DNA from: Octopus sinensis
Taxonomy: Eukaryota
Direction of reading: 5' to 3'
Assembly: GCF_006345805.1 (NCBI RefSeq)
Contig: NC_043012.1
Coordinates: 12,834,001 to 12,898,000, forward strand
Length of the DNA stretch: 64,000 bases
Positions 53,500 through 64,000 of the stretch are shown here, one piece after another. The position numbers were made by a program, and so were the translations under genes. The stretch's first letter is position 1. Each line of letters starts with the position of its first letter. The notes beneath the pieces were generated by a model, which was not told the DNA's origin, did no database searches, and saw only the letters and a list, made by a program, of their open reading frames with translations.

Positions 53500-53808
53500 T
53501 GTGTATCACCATGCCTAACCGCTAAATCCACAAGGCTTTTTTTCTATTCTCTAACTGTTTATTTCCTTCTGTCGAAGAATTGTTCCCTTTTGTTTTTCAA
53601 AGAAAACTTCTTCGTACAAGCACGAGGATTTGAAATTTATTTGTTGCAAATAAGTATCCTTTTCATTTATTTATTTTCCTTTAATGTAAGGTACCATCTG
53701 AATTACGAGTTACGACTCCATCTTTGTTTATATTCTGAGAATAATTTTCTTTAAATTTCTGTTTCACCGTCCACTTCGCTTTCAATCTATCTTTCATTTT
53801 ATCTCTAT

Positions 53809-53810
<2 letters not shown>
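53500..53810 (+). mobile_element. (TA)n-embedded short element related to 21172-21360
   Basis: Similar start (tcaccatg...cgcta) and ttccttctgtcgaaga motif. Flanked by (TA)n. Confidence 0.35.
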
Positions 53811-53856
<46 letters not shown>

Positions 53857-53929
53857 TATATATATACATATCTATAAACATATATATGTATATATATAGG
53901 TACTGTAAATTTAGAGTGAATACTTGATA

Positions 53930-53979
<50 letters not shown>

Positions 53980-54113
53980 GAGGGCATTATACATACATGC
54001 CAGAGAGCATTATACATACATGCGACACGCTAAGAGGACAATTAGTCATTTCTACCAAAATATTACTAATCCCACCGAATGCAATTTTTCAAAATAAGAG
54101 ATTTAAAAAATAT

Positions 54114-54161
54114 AGACCTGTATCACAGTGATTTCATACTTACGTATTCATCAGCAGGCCT
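54114..54161 (-). ncRNA. Minimal type I hammerhead ribozyme, complete
   Basis: aggcctg-CTGATGA-atac gtaa gtat-GAAA-tcac t gtga-TA-caggtct. 7-bp stem I, GNRA-capped stem II. Predicted cut 54121/54120. Confidence 0.92.
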
Positions 54162-54587
54162 GAATGTATCATAAATAAACGACCCTGTCCCGCTTAAGCC
54201 GATCAGCTAACTGATCAACATCAACTTAGCACATGGGTGAGTTACATATATTACATCCTGTAAATGGCATACTTTTACGAATTGCATTTCGGGAGAGGAA
54301 AGTTTTTTCGGAATAAAAATTTAGCAATTAAGGACAACTACTTAATAAGGAAAACTTAACAAGAAATTGTCAGGTAGATAGCGTGAAAACCTCATAAGAG
54401 AATAAATTTCGAAAATAATTATTTCTTATTGAACATATTAATTTATATATAGAGGGCATTATACATACATGCCAGAGAGCATTATACATACATGCCACAC
54501 GCTAAGAGGGACAATTAGTCATTTCTACCAAAAATATTACTAATCCCACCGAATGCAATTTTTCAAAATGAGACATTTAAAAAATAT

Positions 54588-54635
54588 AGACCTGTATCAC
54601 AGTGATTTCATACTTACGTATTCATCAGCAGGCCT
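54588..54635 (-). ncRNA. Minimal type I hammerhead ribozyme, complete (second copy)
   Basis: Identical to 54114-54161. Predicted cut 54595/54594. Confidence 0.92.
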
Positions 54636-54653
54636 GAATGTATCATAAATAAA

Positions 54654-54729
<76 letters not shown>

Positions 54730-55639
54730 GTATGTAATATATATATATATGTATATGAATATATAGATAGATAGAGAGAGGAAGAGATAGAATACGGAGA
54801 TAACATGACAGAAAAAGAGGAAGAGAAAGAGGTCGGTCGAACACATTTGTTATAAATACCATATGAATGTTTGAGTATTTGCCTTCTTCTCTGTTGGTTC
54901 TGCGAAACTACACAAACAGCTATGAAAAAAAAAATCACCCATAAACGAATATTTATTTCCACATTATGCAATGGAAAACAAGAAAATATTCTCAATAGAA
55001 TCTAAAACCTGCAACGCATCACTTAATACAAATTAGACAACAATGTTTTCCAGAGAGAAGTGTAATGGATGGTGGAATAACAATGCACGCTGATAGTATA
55101 AATAACGGGATACATACAAGAAGATAAATGAAACGAATACCACAGAAATTCTTTAAATATATATATATATATAGAATGGAAATATACATGGAAATAAATA
55201 TATTAATATAAACCAAACAAAGTGAAGAATATTGGTGATGACAAAATCTGAGATACATGGATTTAATGTTGTGTGTGTACTTGCATAAATAACGCTAAAA
55301 TTTATTATCTCATGAAAAAATTCATGTTTTTAATAAACCGGAAAATGGAATAAATGAAAAACCAGTCAGCCTGTATATGTTCAGAAATAATGGAGGTTAA
55401 TTCTATTCGGATTATAAATTAGATCTAATTAAAATGGAAATATATAAATGCATAATTTTTCGGAGTAGGCTGATATTCAACAACAATATAATAAATGTAA
55501 ATATATATACATACGTGCGCACGCAGATACGCACACACGCGCGCATACACACACAAAGACATACACGCGCCCGCACCAGCCCCCACAAATTAGAGGCCAT
55601 CGAAGATCATTTCAAAAATGCGTTTCAGCACTAAGACGT

Positions 55640-55860
55640 GCGTGGATGCATGTGGTACAATCATCAGGCTTTGCATTCATGATCGGAAGATTGTGGTTTC
55701 GATTCCTGGACCTCGTAACGTGTTGTGTCCTTGAGTAAAACACTTCCTTTCGCGTTTCTCCAGTCTACTCTGCCCTCAAAAGTAAGTAATCCTGCGACAG
55801 ACTGGCAGATTGATGCTATATACATCATAATATCCAGGAATGTGACCTCATGTGCTTATG
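55640..55860 (+). mobile_element. tRNA/CORE-like SINE, diverged
   Basis: ggtttcgattcctggac...gtgttgtgtccttgagtaaaacactt. Confidence 0.6.
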
Positions 55861-55984
55861 GCACACATACACACGTACTTTTATACGCACACATTTACAT
55901 ACATAAATGTATGCAAACATCCATACGCAAACACACAGTCGAGCGTACGGATGTTTTTTTATTTATTTTTTTTATCTAGTTTCA

Positions 55985-57115
55985 GCTCACAAGCTGTGGC
56001 CATGCCGGGGCACCAGCATTTGGTGCTGCTACATGATTTTACTTCACGAATGCCATTTGGTGATTGCCATTTGGTGCATGAGAGAGTTCGACGCAGCTGC
56101 CCTCATCTGCACCTCCTGCCGTGAAGTTGGTTCATCTGGGACACCTGACAAGAAGAGATCCAGTTTTATTTTAAAGACATCTGCATCCACCCCATGCAGG
56201 TCTCTTAGGTTCTTCGGGAGGATATTGAAGAGTTGTGGGCCTCGGAAGCCCAGGCTATCACAGTATCTTGTCCTACCTCTTGATGGCAAATTTGGAGTCC
56301 TTGGCACTGTGCAGTGACGCCCAGTTCTGGCATTTGTGTAACTCTCGATGCCAAAGTTTGGGACAAGTCCTGCTAGGATCTTCCAGATGTATACTATGGC
56401 ATATCGTTCTCGCCTACGCTTTAAGGAATAGAGTCTGAATGTCTTGAGTCTTTCCCAATAGCTAATATGCTGCACAGAGGTTATCTTCTTCGTGTAGCTT
56501 CGTTGGATCGCCTCAAGTTCTGTGATCAACTTGACACTGGATGGTGACCATAGCTGAGAGCAATAGTCAAAGTGGCTTAGGACAAGTGTCCTCCAGAGGA
56601 CCATCATGGTTTCCTGGTCTCTTGTTCTAAAGGTTCTGAGAATCCATCCGGTCAGCAGCCTTCATTTCATTGCCAATTTAGCAACATGCACATGAAAGGT
56701 TGCATCATCACTCATGTAAATACCCAGGTCTCGCACTGATTGTGCCTCTGGGATTGCAATCCCTCCAGGTCCAGTGTATTTATTGAGTATTGCATTTAGT
56801 TTTGCATGCTGATAGCATAAAGCTTGAAATTTTCAGCATTGAACTGCATGCTATTCTTTTCAACCCACTTGTATATTTTGTCCAGCTCACATTGCAGGTG
56901 CTTAGTGTCTTCATGGTTCTCTACTGCCTGTGAAACTTTTGTATCATCCGCATAACTTGTGATTGTGGCTCTCTGTGTGGCTGAGGGCATGTCTGAGAGG
57001 GCCATTATGAACAGTAGTGGTCCCAAAACAGTGCCTTGCGGGACACCGCTCACTATTTGCGTGTTAATGGAAGTGGCCCCATTGGCTACTGCCACCTGAC
57101 TTCTATCCTTCAGAA
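55985..57115 (-). mobile_element. CR1-group LINE, 5'-truncated: RT C-terminal half and 3' end
   Basis: SGVPQGTVLGPLLF, YADDTK, LVLSHFDYCSQLWSP, LYSLKRRRERY. Few disablements. Confidence 0.92.
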
Positions 57116-57169
57116 GGTCATGAAGTCATGTGTGAGGACTTAAACATATATCTCTATTGGTTTCAAAAT

Positions 57170-57355
57170 CTGGCAGATGTCTAGCAACTTTGGACGAGAG
57201 AATACGTCGATTACCCCCAAATGTGCAACTGGTACTTATATTATTGACCGTGAAAGGATAAACAGCAAGTGGACCTCAACGGAACTTGAACTAAAACGTC
57301 AAGACGAACGAAATGCTTAGTGGCTTGCTAAAGTTTCAGCCAGCTCACCGCCTTC
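57170..57355 (-). mobile_element. SINE family A-related, diverged
   Basis: actggtacttatttattgaccgtgaaaggat...cagctcaccgcc. Confidence 0.7.
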
Positions 57356-59244
57356 GTAAATATATATACATGCTAAAAGCAGAAATCTTTGTTCCTGTAG
57401 CGTTTACGCCTACTGCAACATGGCTGTTGAATTCTTGTGAAATAAAGTGCATTATTATCCATATGGTTATTTACAAGAGGCTTTTATGGCAATGCAGGAT
57501 TCAGTGCAATATGAATCTATAGATCAAATTATTAGAATTTACGTCTTTCAAACTGAAGATGTTATATGAATTATAGACTCGATTCGATGTGTGGTGTAAC
57601 CTATAATATTCAATATGCAAGCAAATAAATCTATATGGAAAGAATACTGCTTTCAATTTACAAGCAGGAATATTTCCTCCACTCAAAAATATTTAATACA
57701 GAGTCACTCAAAATATTCAAATGAAGTTTAAATACGCATAAAATGTGCATTAAGTATAATGTGATCTATCAAAATCTAACCATAACAAGATAGAAAAATG
57801 CAATATGCATTATGAAAGGACGTGCTCAATCAATGATAACCGCCTCAAAACATGAAATATATACGTAGCCACCGTTTAATAAGACATTATCATATAGGAC
57901 CGCTTATAGCAGGGCGCTTACTAATGAATAGAAGAACGCTTACTGATGGTTTATATAAATACATGCATACATTTAGAACATTGGGAAGACGATTGAACAT
58001 GACTCTTCAATCAAAATACTGCACTTTGAGAAACAACAATGCACTTTCATCTGTTATCTTTTATCTTTTAAATGATATAAAATAAAATGAACAACTCTAG
58101 CCTAAACACTGGCGCTGTGGCTTTTTAAAGCAGGACGTCAAGGAAGTAGATAATTAAAATTTAAAAAATCATCAACTTTCATATAATTGCCCACTGCCAG
58201 TCCTTGACTAAACTTTAATTTCTAGGGTCATACTCTTCATAAGACTCCATATAACTATTATACGAAAAGGCTTTAAAATATCTGAGCACGCTAGGAAATG
58301 GAACAATTACATGACTAATTAAAATCACAATATATTTGAAAAATTAACAAAGGTGCTAAAATATATAACTCCATGCACTATTGTTAAGTAAGGCTTCAAT
58401 TATTTATCCAGTGGTCAAAATCTCACATTTACTATAAAAAAGGAATAGAGACATTAAATTTCGTAGACATACTATCCTAACTCTATAACGAATTTCCGAT
58501 CTGACATCCAAATATTCATTCTTATATATAAACTCGATTCCAAATATTTATATATTCTCAAGAATATACTGACCAATATGTGCCATTTACACCTGATATT
58601 GTATTATACTGCACCAAATAGACTACCTAGTATATATTATACTACAATGTACATGTGATAGATGACGGTATAACAACGACATGAGTCGACAAAGAGTGTC
58701 ACTAAGAATAACATAATAGCTAGACATTTTTGGAACCCCTTAAGCGTAGACCTGCTATTACATGTTTAATATATATTTTCACACAATCGTACATATCATG
58801 CGTTGAAATAGATTCGAAAGCAAGAAACATGATACTTGTAATCATCGTAAGGAAGAGTTAAATGTTCCTGTCTTTTAAATATATAGGATTAATAAATTAT
58901 AATTTGCTATAAACCATATTGAAACAGATTATATAATTTAACCCGTCGTTTCTACTCCAATTTACGTGTTACAAATTCCATGTTAGTTTCATTTTTCCAA
59001 ATTTCTAAATCAGTCGCCAGAATTAATGCATTACATTTGCTGAGTCACTTTTGATATTCAACTTCACTTATAGCTTATTTGATGATATATTTACAAACAC
59101 GATAAATCGCGTTGTCTAATTATTTTTGTGCTAGAACACGTAATGTTATTGTCTGGAAACTGTTTACGTAGATGAAAGTTTATAAATGTATTTGCTATTT
59201 ATTTGAAGGTATCTTTTGTCGTAACTTTCAAAATACACGCATAT

Positions 59245-59550
59245 GATTGCACCTAGAATGTTACTTTCCCAGGCTCAAGTCCGGGCAAGGTTGTTTATGG
59301 AAGACCAGCAGTCGCCCATGTATACCGGCCTCCCCTCTCCACGCCACAACTGTTATCCAAGGGAAAGGCGAAGGCCGATACAGCTTGGCACCTGTGACGT
59401 CGCAACCCATTTCTACAGCTGAGTGAACTGGAGCAACCTGAAATAAAGTGTCTTACTTACGAACACAACACGCAGCCAGGTCCGAGATTCAAGCTCACAA
59501 CCTCACGATCGTAAGCTCGACACTCTAACCACTGAGTCATGCGCCTTCAC
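59245..59550 (-). mobile_element. tRNA/CORE-like SINE family C, near intact
   Basis: Minus strand ggcgcatgactcagtggttagagtgtcgagcttacgatcgtgaggttgtgagcttgaatc, CORE-like block and distinct tail. Confidence 0.85.
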
Positions 59551-59798
59551 AAATGCTCTGCCACTTAGAATATAATAACCTTAAATTGCATAAGTATTCC
59601 GTTATATTTGTGGCACTGCTTAGCATTGGAAACTAAAAGGAAGTACCAATGTGTTCAACGATGCCTTTTAATATGTAAGCTTCTAAAACATAGTTTCATA
59701 ACGACGCTTAGTATTCAGCTATTTTTAAAATTATGTTTATAGAGTTCAAGTCTATATATCGATGTTGGAACCTCTGTCCTTTAAATATTTATTTTATA

Positions 59799-60016
59799 AG
59801 GCGGTGAGCTGGCAGAAACATTAGCACGCCGGGCGAAATGCGTAGCCGTATTTCGTCTGTCGTTACGTTCCGAGTTCAAATTCCGCCGAGGTTGACTTTG
59901 CCTTTTATCCTTTCGGGGTTGATAAATTAAGCACCAGTTACGCACTGGGGTCGATGTAATCGACTTAATCTCTTTGTCTGTCCTTGTTTGTCTCCTCTGT
60001 GGGTAGTAAAGAAATA
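59799..60016 (+). mobile_element. SINE family A, full length
   Basis: ggcggtgagctggcagaaac...gtgggtagtaaagaaata. Confidence 0.9.
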
Positions 60017-60984
60017 TATATGTTAATTTTAGACGACAATTTAATCAACTGAAAATTTCAACACTTCGTGCAGATTAAATTATCAAAACATATTCAAGTT
60101 TGAATTTCAATTCAATATCTAAATATTTCAGAAAATATATTTGACAATTCTGAAAATATCAGAATTTATCATTATCAATAAGATAACAATATTGATTTCC
60201 ATTATACAATTTTAGATCAAGATTTCACATAGGTTACAAGGTTTTGCTAATTTTATGGAAATAAAATATTAATGACGTGACGTGAAAAATTATGAAAACG
60301 TGCCCATAACATTTGTTTCCATTACAATACTATTGGCTATACTGGCTTAGATTATTATAATAAATATTCTATAATCGATAGTGAAATATACAATTTTGAG
60401 TTGAACCACCACTTAGAGCTGCCTTTCCTGCACCGACCACAATTCATTAATTTCTTTTCGGGGTACGTATATAATTATATACACACACACACACACACAC
60501 ACAAACACATACACATAAATCTCTCTCACACACTCTCTCTCTCTCTACACACACACATACATATATAATCAAAATAAGCTACACGGTATCAAGTAGTAAT
60601 GTATTACAACTTGATATAAGGTTGTTTATTTTGATTTTATTTAACTTACTTCGAACTGTGCAGATAATAGTGATGTTTCCTCTTTATTGCTATCTTTGGC
60701 GCTTCTTTCTTCTTATCATAGGAATAGGTTCTCCTTGCCTGTGAATGAATGCTGTTGTTTTTCAATGAAGTCTTGTATATATTCCTTTTTGGATGGTATT
60801 AGGATATCTTTCATTGATATGTCTATGCCTATCCTCTTCATTTTACGGGTGGAAAGCTTACAGACCTACCGATTGTTCAGTAAGTGTGTATGGAAAGAAG
60901 TTTTCTTTCCAAATCATATATAATACAAAACGTACATATAATATAAAATGTATATATAATATTAAAATGTATATAAAATGTATA

Positions 60985-61475
60985 TAAGAGGGGTGCGGAA
61001 AACTTAGTGGCTTTCAGTAAATGAAAACACAGGAAGATCGCTTATGACTTTATTCAACATATTCCACTCTCAGATTCACGCACGTATGGTAGTGGTCCTT
61101 CAGTTTTTCTAAGCCCTTAAGAATAATTCGGATGTTTGAACCTTGAACCAAGCATTTCACAATATACTTGAGTGAGGAAATTTGTAACATCCCCTCCACA
61201 CACACAAACACACACACAGACACATATGTATATATGTATATACATGTGTGTGTTTTTTATGTATATATATAATGTATAGGAGGGGATACTACAAATTTCC
61301 TCACTTAAGTGTATAGCCAAAGGCTTGGTTGGAGGTTCAAAGTTCCGAGTTCTTTTACAGGGCTTAGAAGAAGTGGTGGAGTACTGCAATAAGTGTGTGT
61401 GAATCTGAAAGGGGCGTATGTTGAATAAAGTCACGACTAAGCGATCCTCCTCTTCTTTCTTTTACTCAAAGTATA
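60985..61475. mobile_element. Two copies of a ~200-bp mariner-type MITE in inverted orientation around a microsatellite
   Basis: 61035-61197 is a diverged reverse complement of 61279-61447. gagggg(a)tg-type TIR-like ends. Confidence 0.7.
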
Positions 61476-61516
61476 AATATATATATATTTATACATACAT
61501 ATATATGTATGTATGT

Positions 61517-61629
61517 ACCAACCACATGGTTCCAGGTTCAGTCCCACTGCGTGGCAATTTGGGCAAGTGTCTTCTACCATAGCCTCGTGAATATATTTAG
61601 TAGACGAAAACTGAAAGTAGCCCGTCGTA

Positions 61630-61686
<57 letters not shown>

Positions 61687-61901
61687 GTCTGTGTGTCTGT
61701 ATTTGTCCCCCACCCAACATCGCTTGCCAACCGATGCTCTGTGTGTTTACGTCCCTGTAACTTAGCGGTTCGGCAAAAGAGCCCGATAGAATAAGTACTA
61801 GGCTTACAAAGAATAAGACCTGGGGTCGATTTACTCGACTAAAGGCGGTGCTCCAGCATGGTCACAGTCAAATGACTGAAACAACTAAAAGAGAGTAAGA
61901 G

Positions 61902-61902
<1 letters not shown>
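61517..61902 (+). mobile_element. SINE family B, near full length with internal (TA)n/(TG)n
   Basis: Head ccacatggttccaggttcagtcccactgcgtggc, central microsatellite, tail ccagcatggtcacagtcaaatgactgaaac. Confidence 0.9.
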
Positions 61903-61981
<79 letters not shown>

Positions 61982-62469
61982 GATACATATATATATGAAT
62001 ATATGTGTGTGTGCATGTTTCTGTGTATGTATACATGTATGTTTTTAAATGTGTATGTATATACATTTCAGTTATACACACAAAACAGCATACACACACG
62101 CACACACACTCACACATACTGGTTATCATCCTGATCGATTTCCAAGAATAAATTTTGCCTAAATCGTAGTTATAGACATCTCAAATGTGACTCTACCGCG
62201 TAAACATCTCGTATAACCACCCATAGGGATGGAAGCGCCAACATCCATCGTACGATGAAAAATTTTTTTTTTAATTTTTGAAAGTAAGTCGAAGAAAAAA
62301 AGCCAAAAACAGATGTAAACAAGATATGTTTTCCTTGTAGGTGTTGTAGGACTTGTAACTATAAAATCTATTTGCGTGAATTTATGAAGTTGATAATAAC
62401 CTACTTCTCTATTATCAAATAATAAAACGAGATATCTGAGTAACGTATAAAAAAGTAAACAATCATACT

Positions 62470-62800
62470 GGGATGAACTTCACCCCAAAATAAATCATTT
62501 TGCTGCGACTATGGTTTCCTTATGAATCTCACGCTGTCTCTGAAGCATAGGTGAGAACACACAAACACACGCATAGACACAAATGCACACATATGCACTC
62601 ACGTGCACACATAGCTCTAACACAGGCATGCATACACTCTCACAAACACATGCACACAAACAGAGGCACACACACACAGACACACAAACACTATTTTCAG
62701 TTTCCGTCTAGCAAATCCGCTCTCAAATAATTGCTCGCTCCCAATATTCAGGAGAAGACACTTTTCCAAGTTGACGCGAGATGAGAGACGACCCGAAAAC
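62470..62800 (-). mobile_element. SINE family B-related, diverged
   Basis: ttttcagtttccgtctagcaaatcc plus (CA)-rich core. Confidence 0.55.
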
Positions 62801-63320
62801 ATGTGACCGGGAAACATACTTCTTATTACAAATCTACACTTGGAAATTATATTTCAAATCAAGATCACCATAGTTTAAATTGTAGAATATAAACACGGCA
62901 CCAATAATGCCATTCCTAACGTGTTGTAGATGAATCTTGACCTCCATAACAGAAGGTCCTGATATTTATTTCTCCATTGACTTGCAATCAAGCTGTGTAC
63001 ACATACAAAAGCTATTTCTTTTCCTTCCTTTTAGCACTTAATAGCCACCTCAGCTACCATTCTATTTCTAAACGTTGATATGTTCGCGTCTTTTTTCTCT
63101 GGATTTTTACTATATCAGAATTCTAACCCACCTGAATCTACGTAGGATTGCACCTAGAAACTTGTGCTCTTGTTTCTAAAACATCGGACATTTGAACTAT
63201 GAACTTTTATGCTTCTTTTTTTTTCTTCTTTCTCTCCATCTCCTTTTTCTTTTACTCCCGTTCTCTATGTCGTCATCTCATTAATATATACCATTTTCAT
63301 TTTCCCTATTTTCCCCTGTT

Positions 63321-63377
63321 TGTCTCTGATGACGGAATATCCCATACTCGGGGATATGCCAGAAACAACTGAAAGAT
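63321..63377 (+). ncRNA. Decayed hammerhead in a probable PLE 3' remnant
   Basis: gtct-CTGATGA-c ggaatatccc...gggatatgcc a-GAAA-caactg-aaaga. Long stem II retained; U16.1 lost. Confidence 0.55.
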
Positions 63378-63456
63378 TGATTTGTTTCCAATAATAGCAT
63401 TGTTTATGGCTTGAGATGTTTGCCCTGCCTTAGCATTTGTTGCCCTCTTTAACAGT

Positions 63457-63598
<142 letters not shown>

Positions 63599-64000
63599 CA
63601 GATATATATATAGAGATATTTTCTTCGCGGGAGAGTTATTGATTTGCCTGTTTACATCTTATGAACAACAGAATATGGTTATAATTTTCTATAGCTCAAA
63701 GATTCCATTCGTCCACTTCAAAACACGTTTTACATATTATGCTTTGCTTTCCTTCAATTATTCTGTATCTCCAAGGGGATCCCTAAAGACATTAAAAGTC
63801 ATTAAAAATATGTAAACAAGTGCTAACGCACCAAAATGCTTGGTGGTTTATACATTGAAGTAAACGTTCTCTCCAGATTTTCTTCAGCACTGTCAGAGTA
63901 CTTTCATTCTCTTTTTTTCATTTGCATTGCTGTCTTTCAAGGTGTTCAATTTTTGCATTAAGAATATATTTCAATTACTTCTACTGGTCGCTATGCCAAC

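Larger units (their letters stand above)
53979..54656 (-). mobile_element. Retrozyme-like element: two ~205-bp direct repeats, each with a hammerhead, around a 268-bp non-coding spacer
   Basis: 53979-54182 and 54451-54656 differ at about 5 positions. (TA)n on both sides. Confidence 0.85.

Noticed and set aside
61855-61890. cagtc aaat gactg-aaac hairpin in SINE B and CR1 tails resembling half a hammerhead
   Set aside because: No CTGANGA upstream. Better explained as the LINE/SINE 3' recognition stem-loop.
63858-63892. Minus-strand CTGAAGA...GAA-cg-TT with 4-bp stem I
   Set aside because: Missing one core A and has no proper stem II closure.

Overview
AT-rich, microsatellite-dense animal DNA with no recognisable host protein-coding gene. 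It is most likely an intron or intergenic region of an octopus/coleoid cephalopod, inferred from recalled tRNA-derived SINE families and not from a database search. Nearly all listed ORFs are translations of simple repeats. The real content is a transposon graveyard: several SINE families, CR1-group, R4/Dong, RTE and Tx1-like LINE pieces, Helitron, Tc1/mariner, and Penelope-like elements (PLEs). The unexplained signal is a cluster of type I hammerhead ribozyme (HHR) motifs found by hand. Six have a complete core and three helices (4112 -, 42168 -, 47914 +, 49285 +, 54114 -, 54588 -), and about ten more are decayed. Most sit in short non-coding elements embedded in (TA)n tracts. Two architectures stand out. 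One is a retrozyme-like unit with two ~205-bp direct repeats, each carrying an intact HHR, which predicts a 474-nt self-excising RNA (53979-54656). The other is a ~270-bp fold-back element with HHRs facing each other in opposite polarities (49069-49337). All folds were inspected manually and need computational and experimental confirmation. Element boundaries are approximate.
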